In this document: in pieces, positions 10,324 through 23,143 of the stretch | Layout of the letters: each line of letters begins with the position of its first letter | Numbering within the stretch: the stretch's first letter is position 1 | Source of the DNA: Catajapyx aquilonaris | Taxonomy: Eukaryota | DNA length: 59,759 nucleotides | Direction of reading: 5' to 3' | Assembly (NCBI GenBank): GCA_000934665.2 | Contig: KZ538097.1 | Span: 124,001 to 183,759 of the forward strand | The notes under the pieces: generated by a model | The model's database searches: none | The model's input: only the letters and a program-made list of their open reading frames with translations | Told to the model about the DNA's origin: nothing | Position numbers and translations under genes: made by a program

Positions 10324-11950
10324 CACTGCAAATCATGTGCTGATTATGTGCTATGTCGTAGATAGCACAAGGTGCTCTGGTTAGCACAGGAGTTAGCACG
10401 GGGAAATTTGAATCTTAAGTCAGCACCGACTCAGCACATGCGCAAGACTGTGCTGACTGGATAAATAGTCAGCACATGGTGTGCTGAAACAAATGCTTAG
10501 CCAGCACAACAGTCGGCACATGAAAGTCACATGATAAATCCAGACAGCACAATCCCATCTGTGCATGATTCATGCGCTGATCCCCTCTTGTGCTTTGTCC
10601 AGCGGGGAAAAACCTCAGGCTTGCCATTGTGTTGGAGTCGGTCGGAGTGCAAGTTGCTCTCATTTCTGCTGCACAGGTGACATTGGTGACATGGCAAGAA
10701 GACGGACTTGCAAATATAGGCTATATACTTGCAAATACTTTGCTCATTTTTGCAGCACTGCAGGAATGGTGGTGAAGACTCAGGTGGGGGGAGGCGGAGG
10801 AGGGGCTGAGGCAGGTGGGGGGAGGAGCGGGGAAGGGGGAGGAGGGGGGAAGGAGGAGGAGCAGGTAATCCTGTGCTGACCAACAACAGTAGAGTATAAG
10901 AGAACGGACCACTAGACGGGGCAAGAGCTAAGCTCTTGACGGGGAAACTGTGACCGACCTGGACCGACCCGTTTAGTTCGGATAGGAGCTACCGCAGCGC
11001 TGGCGGCGCATAAAACAAAAGACGGGGCAGGGCCGCAGGGGGGGAGTAGTGACGTCATTACCGTAGTTACCTTGCTCAATACGGTAATTTTTATTTATAA
11101 ATGGGGGGTTTCTCGTTCCTTTTATATTAATAGATCCCAATAATTTATTCATAAAAGCAACACCAGGTTTTACATTTTCCTTTCATCCATATCGACAAAA
11201 TGACAAATATGACAAAATGACAGCTGTGGGCATTTCTTCTTGGTATTGTTGCAGCCCGGTACAACGCAAGACATTCCTTTGATGCCTAAACCGCTACAAA
11301 AGCAACGGCGTCTGCATATAGCAAGATAGACTGATGATTCGGCACCGTGGATTCAGTAAAAGCACCGGTAGCCGACCGATGTGACCGGAATCTTGCCGAA
11401 ATCGGAATAGTTCTTAAAAGCTCCGGTCCGTCGACCTTTAGCGTACCGGTTGCAGTTCGAACAATGTTCGAATGGTTCGAACATGTTCCTGGAATCTTGG
11501 TTCAAATATGGTTCGCGTCCCGCCAGTCCTTGGGCCAGTCCGGGCCAGTCCAAGCACTGGCTATGATTGGTATCGTAGTAATAAAAACCACACCCAGTTG
11601 GAAGTATACATTAACAACAGGTAAACATTATACACATTAATATTTTAAAACATTTTAATTTTAATTTTATTATGTCGACGACAGCGCTGCGTCCGCTCCC
11701 ATCGGAAGCTCTATGGCTCTATGCTCCTTCCCGGGCCACTTCAAGGGCCCCGGCAAAAGTTGTCAATAGGGAATTCACATTGAGTGGGCCGTTCTCTTAT
11801 ATACTCTACTGTTGTTGTGCTGACTCTGATTCTGTGCTGACACCAGAGTCAGCACAATAGCCAGCACAACAGACGGCACAAAAAAAGCAAATTTGTGCTG
11901 GCTCGGAGTCAGCACATAGCCAGCACATGATTTGCAGCATATTTGCAGTG
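10324..11950. mobile_element. CACTA/EnSpm-like non-autonomous element with subterminal agcaca/tgtgct repeats
   Basis: TA|cactgcaaat ... atttgcagtg|TA and many subterminal (a)gcaca motifs at both ends. Confidence 0.65.
10881..11817. mobile_element. TIR element nested in the CACTA-like element (P-like: CA termini, 7-bp TSD)
   Basis: TIR caacaacagtagagtataagagaacggaccact / agtgggccgttctcttatatactctactgttgttg, with TSD tgctgac. Confidence 0.7.
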
Positions 11951-12819
11951 TACTTAAAGTTCCCTCCTTCCTGGTTTGGTCCAGGATTGGTCGGCAGATG
12001 GACCCACCAGCACTACTCAACTATGCCCCCTGCCCACCGGCCGACAACCAAGTTGAGCCGGCAACTCCAGCTGGGGTGCTAGCTGGGCTACCTGTCCCTC
12101 ACACCCTCTCCCTCCTCCTCTCTCCCTCCTCCTCTCTCCCTCCTCCTCTCTCCCTCCTCCTCTCTCCCTCCTCCTCTCTGTCGCAGCAGACCGTGGTCGC
12201 AGCTCTCAACCTGATCGTGCCTCGTTTGCTGGGTCTTGGGTGCTGGTGTCCGTACCCTTCGGTGGACTCTCTATCTGTCAAGTTGATTGGTCAGTCCCAG
12301 TCAGGCGGACGGCAAGGCTTGCTGAAGGTTTGTAGGTCGGTAGCACACTCAGGGCTGCCTGTGGGCCACGCATTTATGTGACCATGCTGCCTGCTAGCTA
12401 ATCAAGGTGTCGCAGCATGGCGATGGACGAAATTAATCACTGACCGTTGCAGGGGTTTTCCTTATTCTTTAATTGTTAAAGTTGTGCCCTACTGGGTGGC
12501 CATTGCACCCTGGACAGTCAAGGGTGTCTACACACATTGGTCTCACACATGTTGTTCTTTCCTTGCAGTGAATCGACTCTCAGTGCAACAATTGGCCAGA
12601 TTGCATCAGCAGCTGCTCTCCATTATTGAAGGTAGGCGTCTTACACCATGCTGGATGGGATGGATGCACCGCCAAGCCTCGCATGGCAGGTGGGGGGGCA
12701 GGGTTAATAGGCAGAGCCAGGCAGCGCCTGCTGGGGAGAGAGACCAAGGGTAGGGGCATGATAAAGCCCAACACTTTATGCAGTAACAATAGGTGCAGTA
12801 ACAAGTAAGTAAGTAAGTA

Positions 12820-13283
12820 CCGTATTACCCCGCAAATAGCGGCATGCCGGTGTAGGCGAGGTCGACCAGGTTTTAGAAATGCTCGATCAGGTGGTTATAC
12901 CGGCATGCCGGTATAAGACGAGGTATGCCGGTATAAGACGAGGTTTTCACTAGCTATTTTCACAGCTATTGAGCAAGGCGAAGGGCTGAAAGCGTTGGCC
13001 TTGATCCTTTGTGTTAAGCCAGGGATTTCCCCTCTCAGAGCTGTCTGACGATGGGATTGGTCACACATGAGTTGCACATTGTCACAGCCCTGCACGCGCA
13101 CATTTTTAGCCGGAACATTATTTTAGTATGCTACCAGAAGCATCGCAAAAAATTTGACACCTTGACTCAAAATTAAAGAAATCTACCTCGGATATTGCCG
13201 CATGCCGGCCACCCCCGGGTTATACCGGCATGCTGGTCGACCTCGTTTTATACCGGCATGCCGCTATTTGCGGGGTAATACGG
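12820..13283. mobile_element. pogo/Tigger-like MITE
   Basis: TA|ccgtattaccccgcaaatagcggcatgccgg ... ccgctatttgcggggtaatacgg|TA. A second copy lies at 43723-44260. Confidence 0.85.
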
Positions 13284-14126
13284 TAAGTAACAAGTAAGTA
13301 AGTAAGTAGTAATAGGTGCAGTAACAAGTAATGCAGTAACAATAGGAAAAATTGTAGCGAGAAAAATGGGAAGATACGCCAAGAGAAATTGCAAAAATGA
13401 AGGGCCTAAAGTTGAGGCCTTTACAATTTGTTTCTCCCTTTTCGATTTTATGTAACATCCTCCATATGCTCGCAAAAGTTAAATTTTGAAAATTGAACCC
13501 CCAAAAATTTCGCCTGCGGCGGGCCTCCTCCTCGCCCTCTTCGGTTTATGCCCCCCCCNCCCCCCGAAACTGGAATCCTGGCTACGTCACTGCCCTGAGT
13601 CCTCATTCCAGAATAGCAGATTTCGCATTTGGTTTCAATTAAAAATCGTCAACCAGCTTTTCGAGCATTATAATAGTACAGTAGTCATACACGGCAGATG
13701 CAAAACAAAACAGCATTCTATTTTAATTCCAAATTTTGTTCACAATATCCTCCTGAGACCCAAGAAGAATTGAGTAACGCAATGTCAGTTCTTATTGCAT
13801 TTTTTGAGCATTTTCCCAAAAAGAAACGAAAAGAAATTATAGTTCTAAAATATTGACAAAAATAATGACAAACAACCAATGAGAACATTAGGGCCCAATT
13901 GCTGCTACAAAAGCGGAACGGATGAAAGCTGAAAATTTAAATGCCACTTGATGGATCCCTAACATGGTGCTCTATCCTCCAAACAATGTTTTCAAAATTC
14001 ATTTGTTTAATTCGTGGTAGAAATTCGTCTTAGAGGATAATTAAAGATAAACTGCAATTATTTTTGAAAGCCACCACTCCAGGCGGACAACCTATGGTAC
14101 CTCACTATTCTAGATTTCAAAACTGA

Positions 14127-14877
14127 ACTGTGGAGTGACCAATCAAAACGCAACAAATGCCAACAAAGCCATTTCGAGATATTCAACAAAAACCGATTGC
14201 TCGTAAATGGAATGTGACCAAGAAACAAAATGTGCAGTACATTATGCCTGTAAGCAGAGGTGGTTATTGGTGTATGTTAATGAAATCAGGAATTGTCTAG
14301 TCGCGAGAAAAAAATTAATCAAAATTTGACTTATTGCGTTTTGATTGGGCACATGTGTCAGATGTTGCATTTTTATCGATCATTATCATTGGCCGTATTA
14401 TTAAACCGTGATAAATTCTTAGTTTCTTCTATCAGCAGGATCCTTGACACTAATTATTATCTAAACACAATGCTAATCATGAGAACATTATTAGCTATTT
14501 TTAAATTTTTTAATTACTTATACACCCTTCGGGGTTGGAGCGAGTCGATGAGAACAACATACGCACTACTGTAGTACTGTGTGGGTTGGTTAGCTTACTC
14601 TATGGGGTTGGTAAGATATCGGTGGCCATTTGTAACAGTTGCGCATCACACTCTCTCATTGGCTGCTTGGCGCATGTTGTGTTTTGAAGGAGCAGGCATG
14701 GGTCACATATTGCATTTTGAAGCAACACTCCATTTTCCAGCCCTTATAACACGGTAGATATTGCATTTAGAAATGTCACAATCACACGTAGACTCGAGCC
14801 TCAAGGACGTGCTACCACCTATAACTCGATTTTGAAAATTTTGGCGTTTGTTGCGTTTTGATTGGTCACTCCACAAC
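14127..14877. mobile_element. Degenerate TIR element
   Basis: tgtggagtgaccaatcaaaacgcaacaaa at about 14129 with its reverse complement at about 14846-14875. Confidence 0.55.
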
Positions 14878-15226
14878 TGTAGTGCATAGCACATTTCCTT
14901 GTGGGTGTATAGGTACAGGCACTTAAAGAAAAGTCACAGCCCATTCAGCTAAAAGAACCTTTTTTTGGCTGTCCATTTAAATGGACATTTGTTCTGAGGA
15001 AGAAAAGAAAATTACCAGTTCTCTACAGCAACAAAGATTGTCACAGACACATTCTTTGCAAATCCCAGGACATTCACTGCATTGTCGAAAATCGCACTCT
15101 AAAAACGAGTAAAAAAAAAAACTAATCAGATGAGCGCCATTCTTCAGTAGCGGCATCCACCATTTTCATGAGTGATTTAATTGTAGTGGCCAGAGTCAGA
15201 TATTCGACACTAGGTGTAATCATCAT

Positions 15227-15597
15227 AGGGGCCGTCCATAATCCGCGCGGACAAGTGAAGGGGGGGAGGGGGGTTGCACTTTGTCCGCTTTTGTCCGTAC
15301 AGGGGGGTGGGGGTAGAAGTCAGTTGTACGCGCGGACAATAAACGTCAAATGAATATTAAGGACTCAACCGTTTTTTTAGTCAGACCTCTCAAATATACC
15401 GTAATACCTCTGAAAAAAGGAATTTGCGTGTAGATATCAAAAAATAAAAAATACCAATATATTGAAAATAACTCTTTCAGTGTGGCGAAGCGGAGGCAGG
15501 GGGGGGGNGTAAGAAATTGTCCGCTTCTGTCCGCAAAGGGGAGGGGGGGAGGTAAAAAAGTGAAAAAATCTGTCTGCGCGGATTATGGACGGCCCCT
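15227..15597. mobile_element. PIF/Harbinger-like MITE
   Basis: TIR aggggccgtccataatccgcgcggaca / tgtctgcgcggattatggacggcccct with a G-tract interior. Confidence 0.7.
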
Positions 15598-16651
15598 TGA
15601 GAGTTGAGACCCTGAAAATCTCCACTTGGGTTCCTTTGAGATCGTGTCCTCTATCCACGTGAACTGAAAAAAACGCCAAAAAATGTTGGAAAATACATAT
15701 TGGGACATCATTGGCCACCGTCATTCGTGCAATCTGCAATGTTGCCCGCTTCAACTTTTCTCGATATATCCCAACATTGGCAGGCAATGGCGCAATGCTG
15801 GGGTTCGTCCGAGAGGACCACTCAATGGGCGCCTTTATCTTAGCCAGAGGCCGAGAAGCGTATGAGATAGAGTAATTATATGACCGCCTTTCCATACAGC
15901 GGATTGTCCTGCTCGCACCATAAGCTTTGCCATCGAACGACTCGAGCAAATTAATGTCACAATGAAGTACCTCGGGGGTAAATGAGCCGCATGCAGTGGA
16001 GTTTCCCGCTACCTTTGCACACGGGTATTCGCCAAAATTAATTCACATTGTTGTGGGATAAATCGGAGAAGACTTGCAACGATACACCGACAGGCAGCGC
16101 CATCCGGACGAGGGAAGCTGACGGTCATACGCCCACATGGCTGCAACTGGCCAATGTTGCCTATGTGGAGCCGATGTATCCGCAAGATCGGCTAATGAAT
16201 GGCTAAATTTCTTGGCAATGTGGAGCCGACATGTCCGCAATGGCGGCTTAATCATGGCAATGTAGGCGTGGTGGCGTTGATGGGCCAATGTCGCCTATGT
16301 GGGCCCATCATGGCTTGCAACCTAGGCAGCAAATTTCACATATTAGCCCGCACTGGCGTTCCATGTTGGCGCAATCTTGGCCCGATATTCTGCTGTGTCT
16401 GTCCCCATGGACATCATGGCTGAACATCGGCCATATTGGGCTATGTTGCGCCGGCTTCCCCAATGTTGCCCCAATGTTGCCCCCATATTGCTTGCTGCAG
16501 GGGATACAACACACTTGTTATTTTCTTAGTAAAACACATATTTTCAGTAATACTGTGTAACCAAAAGCATATATTTACCTACATTACCACGGTCATTCGT
16601 AAGATGGCAGCTGTGCATGCCTAATTCAGGCTTTGACATGCATGCTAAATA

Positions 16652-17226
16652 CAGGGTAAAAAGTAACCACTGGAATACATCCCAAAAGTTACTGTGAATA
16701 CAGATCATATTCCAGAGGAGTTAGGTCAGAAGAATGAGTAGCCCAGATTTTGTGCAAGATTATGTGATTGCCAAAGATGTCCTCCAAGAACTGTAGTAGT
16801 GAGGAAGCTATATGTGCAGTTGCACGATCCCTCTGGAACCAGACTTGACATATTTGGCAATCACATAAATCTATCGTATCACCAAACTCATTATATCTTC
16901 TGCGTGGCCTGACCAGTCACCGGAAGATTCATTGTAATGGTCATACGAGACGGCTAGGCAGAAACTAGTCGTCACTGGCTACCCCAGTCATGGGATTATG
17001 CCGTGATGTATGTATGTATGTATGTACATAAATCTATCGTAGAATTTTCCCTGCTCTTTCTCCTGATTGACTCCTCCACAATGTTATCAGTAGGGTAGTA
17101 GTGTACATTGAAAGCATGTTCAGTCATGCATTCAGGCCCTCTGGGGACATTTCCTACTTCAGCTGTAAGAAGAACTACAATGTGGTACAAGGTACTCTAC
17201 TACACAGTAATTTTTGAGACACCCTG
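16652..17226 (-). mobile_element. Decayed Tc1/mariner-superfamily element with transposase remnant
   Basis: Minus strand about 16850-16698 reads VWFQRDRATAHIASSLLQFLEDIFGNHIILHKIWATHSSDLTPLEYDL, resembling WFQQDGATAH...WPPRSPDLTPLD. cagggt-type ends. Confidence 0.7.
16879..17025 (+). mobile_element. 5'-truncated retroposon with (TGTA)n tail inserted in the mariner remnant
   Basis: 16-bp TSD acataaatctatcgta (16863-16878 and 17026-17041) and a (tgta)5 tail. Confidence 0.75.
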
Positions 17227-17257
17227 CATATTGTGTAAAGTTTATTCTCTTTATTAC

Positions 17258-19143
17258 AGGGTGGTTCCATTTCAGATCAGGCCAGATCCAGAAAAGTTGT
17301 CAGGGTTTGGTCTCCGATTATTACGGAAAAATTACACGACGTACCGCTGTCGAAATGATGACGAATGACACTGGCTATTTTTCAGTGTCATTTTCTATTT
17401 GCCCTGAAAGAAGTCATAACCGCAGGGGTACCAAATCTGCTATTTCTCGAAGTTCATTTTTTCTCAACTTTGGACGCGTGTACCAATTTTCCTATACGTC
17501 ACAGAAAAACCAAATTTGGAATGGAGCAACTGCCTACCTAGGTCTGAATTTTCGATATAAAATAATTGCGAATGTATAATTAGCAACCGCGCAGAAAATT
17601 GGCAAAAATGCTGTTTTACGACATTTTAGCAGTTTTCGCGAATTTTTTTCTTTGCAAAAAAAATATTTGTGGGCAAATGAAACATGTAGACTTTGAGTAC
17701 AACTCATACCCTCTCTACTTATCAGCTTTGTTAAGCTTTGAAGTCAAATGTTAACAGCGGAGCCATTGTTGAACATTGTCAACTTCGCAAAACATGGTTT
17801 GGAATAAAATAATTTTCTCAAAAACACCACCCAATAATTGAACGCCTATTTATTTCTGGACAGAGGGACATGTGAGCCACACACTAGTGCGAAAATGTCT
17901 CTCCTCCCAAGGCTTATGATCCCGATTTGAATTTTATTACTTACTCGTTTCCGGCGCTCTCCATGTAGCCCACCGACCCAATCCCATGGCTCATAGCATC
18001 ATGTACCCCGGTACATTTGATTAGAACTTCTCTCGTACATGTAGGCTACATGTGATTGTATGATACCTTGAAACTTATATCTGATACTAGTTAATGCTAT
18101 GTGAGGTCCGGTGAGGTCAAATCAGGCATAGAGGTATTGCAGTCTTACTCACATTTTTCCAGAAGTCACACCAAATGTTGCCATTACTGGAACGTGAAAC
18201 GTGGCCAGGTTACTGTGCAAAGAACTGCGCAACATTTGGTGTGACTTCTGGAAAAATGTGAGTAAGACTGCAATACCTCTCCGCCTGATTTGACCTCACC
18301 GGACCTCACATAGCATTAACCAGTATCAGGAATAAGTTTCAAGGTATCATACAATCACATGTAGCCTACATGTACGAGAGAAGTTCTAATCAAATGTACC
18401 GGGGTACATGATGCTATGAGCCATGGGATTGGGTCTGTGGGCTACATGGAGAGCGCCGGAAATGAGGGAGTAATAAAATTCAAATCGGGATCATAAACCT
18501 CGGGAGGAGAGAGATTTTCGCACTGGTGTGTGGCTCACATGTCCCTCTGTCCAGAAATAAATAGGCGTTCAATTATTGGGTGGTGTTTTTGAGAAAGTTA
18601 TTGTCTTCCAAACCATGTTTTGCGAAGTTGACAATGTTCAACAATGGCTCCGCTGTTAACATTTGACTTCAAAGCTTAACAAAGCTGATAAGTAGAGAGG
18701 GTATGAGTTGTACTCAAAGTCTACATGTTTCATTTGCCCACAAATATTTTTTTTGCAAAGAAAAAAATTCGCGAAAACTGCTAAAATGTCGTAAAACAGC
18801 ATTTTTGCCAATTTTTTGCGCGGTTGCTAATTATACATTTGCAATTATTTTATATCGAAAATTCAGACCTAGGTAGGCAGTTGCTCCATTCCAAATTTGG
18901 TTTTTCTGTGACGTATAGGAAAATTGGTACACGCGTCCAAAGTTGAGAAAAAATGAACTTCGAGAAATAGCAGATTTGGTACCACTGCGGTTATGATTGT
19001 TTTCAGGACAAATAGAAAATGACACTGAAAAATAACCAGTGTCATTCGTCATCATTTCGACAGTGGTACTTCGTGTAATTTTTCCGTAATAATCGGAGAC
19101 CAAGCCCTGACAGCCTCCGCCTGATTTGAAATGGAACCACCCT
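17258..19143. mobile_element. 1.9-kb foldback palindrome (arms about 920 bp, spacer about 47 bp)
   Basis: 17258-18181 is a near-exact reverse complement of 18229-19143. The terminus agggtggttccatttca is mariner-MITE-like. Confidence 0.92.
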
Positions 19144-19548
19144 ACACATGGTTTTCGAACCACCTCTTGAGTGTTATTAGAGATCTAGTGTGTGTGTGTC
19201 CCGATTCTGGAAGGTGTCAGCAAGATATTTGGTCAGAAAACGATGCACAAGTGGCATTAGTGGTGGCCCAAAGTGACCTCATTTTCATTCATTTTCATCG
19301 TGGAAGCCATTATTCAGTAATAAACATCAATACATCCTCATGTAGCAATCTAGGGCAATTACATATATGTAGCTGACTGGAGTGGGAGTGCACTCCTGAA
19401 ATTAAATCATCCTTTCATTTTGCACCACAAAGCTGTCATACTGCCATCTCGTAGATGCAGGAATATGTCACATACTAGACATATTCATAGCAAATCTTGT
19501 AAATTTTTGCTAATTCTGTGTCAAGAGGAACTGACATTTGCATAATAT

Positions 19549-21114
19549 GACGACCTCGGGAGAAAAAAACCACCAAGGTCCATCCCATGTGAAACTGAGA
19601 TATTGCAATTATTTCAAACTTTGAAGACTCACCACAATTCTTGTGTACATCCCAACGTTGGTTTGAAAGTCATTATTAATGGTACATACCATGGGATATA
19701 TGCAACAATTAAAACCAATATTGTTGTCAGTGTAGGTTTTTATTTATCAACATCAGTACCACATGTGGCAAAGGGCAGGTCCACATGAAAATGTCGATAA
19801 CCCTGGGGTATCAATGGCATGAGGCTCTGCAAATCATTGTATTTTGCTTTCGAAATTGGCAGTCACCCTTGATAAGGCTGACCTGAAGGTGCTACGTGCT
19901 TCTTTACAACAATCGACAATCCCCACGAGGCCACGGCCCATCAAAAGTGTTCCTGTGAAAGATCAGCTTGGGTTCGCTTTCAAGGATCTTCTTATCTCTG
20001 CTTTTCTGAATAGGAAATGAGCATTTGAGTTTTTGTAGGTATGAATTACGCAAAAAGGATTCGGCTTTTGACATGCATCTGCAAAAATCGTGGCCAAATC
20101 CGAATGAACAAACATTTCAGAACGCTGGTTTATCAAACCAAAATCTTTGTCACACTACTCCATGTAACTGTGACCTCTGATGGCAAATGTCACTTGGATT
20201 GTAAGAAACCTATGAACAAACAACTGTAGCATGATACATGTGGCCTCTGATGATTGTGTGGTTTTTATTTTGCCTGCATTTGCAAAAACAGTTGACTGTC
20301 GCCGAGTGCAAGAGTGGACATTGATCGTTCTTCCAACAATGCCAAATATTTCAGGGCCTCTCGGGGAGGTGTGGTGGCCAAGATGGTAATGTCTCGGCCT
20401 GCTGAATGAAAGGTCCCAGGTTTGATCCCCGCCTGGGAGCTCCCTTTCGCCTGCCTCAGGAGGGTCTCTGACCTGCACCTTGGAGGTCTGGCAACCTAAC
20501 CTCCTGGGGGACTGCATATGAGCTGCTTACCTACATTGCACTTCTGGAGCCTCATGTAAAAATCATGTAACTCAAGATACTGGGTTTTTACTTGAATGCC
20601 ACAATTGGACGGGCCTTTTCAAGCTCTATCCACTGGCACAAACCACGTCTCTCTAACTTGTTTTCCTGCCAAGTTATTCAAGTTTTTCAAGTATGATTTA
20701 TGCAAGATCAAATGGCAGATCACGAACTTTGAGGTGCAATATTTCAAAATGGCCAAATCAGATACATGGTTTTTACATGAGGCTCCAGACCTGCAGCTGT
20801 GTCCCCTCCCCAAAAATCCCCATCCCTACCCCATGTCCTCCCATCCTTGCACCTCTGCTGAAGAAAAATAAGAAAATCGTATTTATAGCGGTTCACCCCN
20901 NNCCCCCCCCCCCCCCCAATAGAGCTCCACTCTCTCCAATGGGGTAACTTTAAAAAAAAGAAAACAAAATCAGGGCCTCTCATTGGGAACTATGATCATT
21001 TAACCGCAACAACGACCAAGCCATCATATTCTACACTAGTCAAACTATCCTATGGAATATGCAACTCATTTTTGACAAAAAGTGGACCTTGATCATTTTT
21101 TCCCCGAGGTCTTC
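19549..21114 (-). mobile_element. Internally deleted, decayed Sola-like DNA transposon
   Basis: TIRs gacgacctcggga...aaggtcca / tggacctt...ccccgaggtcttc and 4-bp TSD ATAT. Minus-strand remnants QVTFAIRGHSYME*CDKDFGLINQ...KPNPF and LPISKAKYNDLQSLMPLIPQGYRHF. Confidence 0.7.
20362..20530 (+). mobile_element. tRNA-derived SINE fragment (family D) inside the Sola-like element
   Basis: A-box-like ggtggccaagatggta and B-box-like ggtttgatcccc. Confidence 0.55.
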
Positions 21115-21501
21115 ATATAATATATCCTATATTATAGTCATGTGGAATCTGAATGTATCTTAGTACTCTCCAACTTATGATGAGGTAGATGGTAGAAGAC
21201 TGAAATTGGTACAGTCATTGCCTATAGGTGGTGTACATGTGCCCAGAATTCTTAAAAGCTGTAAAAGTGGAAGTATGCGGTTGTGGTGGGAGAAAGAACA
21301 TTTTCCCATGGTGATATAGTTGTGCACAGATGGAAGATATCTGTGCCTTGGGCCTTTGCAGAGTAGTGACATAATTATGTTCTTATTTTGTCTATGTTTA
21401 CTCTAACTATTGCCTCCTTTGGGTCCCCGGATCCTGTGTTTTCACCCACACCTATTGTACCCTGGAAGTGCCACTTTCCTTTTCTACAAAAAGACCAGTT
21501 A

Positions 21502-21841
21502 GGGGTCGTGCAAATACCACGTGACCGATTTTAGGCCACTTTTTGACCCACCATCCCTCCCCCCCAGTGACCAATCGTGGTATCCATTGGAACCCCCCCC
21601 CCCCCCCCCNNNNNNNNNNNNNNNNNNNNNNNNNNNNNNNNNNNNNNNNNNNNNNNNNNNNNNNNNNNNNNNNNNNNNNNNNNNNNNNNNNNNNNNNNNN
21701 NNNNNNNNNNNNNNNNNNNNNNNNNNNNNNNNNNNNNNNNNNNNNNNNNNNNNNNNNNNNNNNNNNNNNNNNNNNNNNNNNNNNNNNNNNNCCCCCCCCC
21801 CCCCTCCCCCCAAAACTGTCACGTGGTATTTGCACGACCCC
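21502..21841. mobile_element. PIF/Harbinger-like MITE spanning an assembly gap
   Basis: TTA|ggggtcgtgcaaataccacgtgac ... gtcacgtggtatttgcacgacccc|TTA. Confidence 0.85.
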
Positions 21842-22540
21842 TTACATTGGTGGATCACTTTTTCTAATAATGAAAGTGGCAGTTTTAGTAATTTCATAAA
21901 GCTTTTCATTGGACTCTGTTGTATAGCATCTGATTTGGCCTGTTGGAGACATAAGGTAATAATTACATTTACTTTCAGCATGGTTGTACAGGGTGATGTA
22001 CTACAAGTCTCTCGTTCAAGAATGGAATAAAGAAGATATATTGCAGATTGTCACTCCAGCAACCAGTTTAAAGTTAGGGACCTATTTAGAAGCAGCAATC
22101 ATATGCTACACTTATATGCCTTGATTGTTGCTTCGCCTAAAACTGGTTGCTGGCGTTAACAATTAATTACTTTTTCCCTAACTGTCCCCTTGAAGTGGGG
22201 ACTTAATGAGCTGTGAACGACTTTCTATTCTGTGATTATTGCTTACATACTCGCACTGCATAATATATTAATTGTATTTTGCTTAGAACTTGTAGACGCC
22301 TGATGCAAGGCACATGATGCACAATTTTTTTGGAATTCCACACTGCCGTGAGGTTTAAGCCACTGATCATTATGCATAATGATTATGAAAAATCTTATCA
22401 GCAAGTTTATTCAGGAAACTCCGGTATTGTTCACATAGCTTCAATAATAGGAATATTAGAAAATTCTGTATTTTTCAAGTAAGAAAATATTGGAAAGATT
22501 GTTTCCCACTTTGATTCTTCTGCAGATTATCAGAAAGTTA

Positions 22541-22838
22541 TTACCGAAGCAGGTTGGTGTAGGGGTTAAGGAGCCATACTGCTAATCGGGAGGTCCTGGG
22601 ATCAAATGCCGGGGCCGGCAACTCTGACTGTGGTTTTCTGTGGTTTCCCACGGTCCCTCCAGGAAAATTCCGGAGTTGTTTCCGTAATTAACAGGCCGCC
22701 ACTTCCTTCCATCCATCCCTATCCCTTCCCAAAAAGCGAAGCAAAAAGTAAAAAGCAAAGAGTTCCTGACAAAAAAAAAAAAATTGGGATGAACTCCCCC
22801 CTAAGAGAGCCAATGGCTCTATCACGGGGTAAATTATT
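22541..22838 (+). mobile_element. tRNA-derived SINE, family A
   Basis: accgaagcaggttggtgtagggg head, 15-bp TSD attatcagaaagtta and an (att) tail. Confidence 0.85.
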
Positions 22839-22855
22839 ATTATCAGAAAGTTAAA

Positions 22856-23143
22856 GGGAGCGAAGTGGCGTTGCGGTAACGTATGGGCCCATGGTTGTTA
22901 AGGTCCCTGGTTCGATCCCAGCCCGGGGACACCCCCTTCATCTCGTGCAGAGTAGGGTCGTCTCTGGCTTCGTCTCGGGTGGAATTTCCTTAGACTAATC
23001 CACCCGGGGGAGTTCACAAAATGACCAAGCTACGACATTGCACTTGCACTTTGCACATCCCCTCCTGTCATCCTGCCCGTGGGCCTGGGCGTTACGTATA
23101 AAGGTTCCAATATATGTACGAGACATAAATAAAGGTCCGTGCT
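22856..23143 (+). mobile_element. tRNA-derived SINE, family C
   Basis: gtggcgttgcggtaacgtatg ... ggttcgatccc head. Homologous to minus-strand copies at 37640-37892 and 58523-58901. Confidence 0.8.

Noticed and set aside
11932..12381. 149-aa ORF with CWCP...GLLKV faintly like the WDR92 N-terminus
   Set aside because: Largely CT-rich tandem repeat translation. The similarity is too weak and I found no suitable phase-0 donor.
17214..19163. Two near-identical 110-121 aa ORFs on opposite strands
   Set aside because: They are the two arms of the palindrome, with no coding signature.
21452..22030. Several ORFs through poly-N/poly-C
   Set aside because: Artefacts of an assembly gap inside a MITE.
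22351..22478. RFKPLIIMH...SGIVHI frame resembling WDR92 KPQIIAH
   Set aside because: No ATG after the upstream stop, lacks the W-x-P motif, and the donor is phase 2 whereas exon 25188 needs phase 0.
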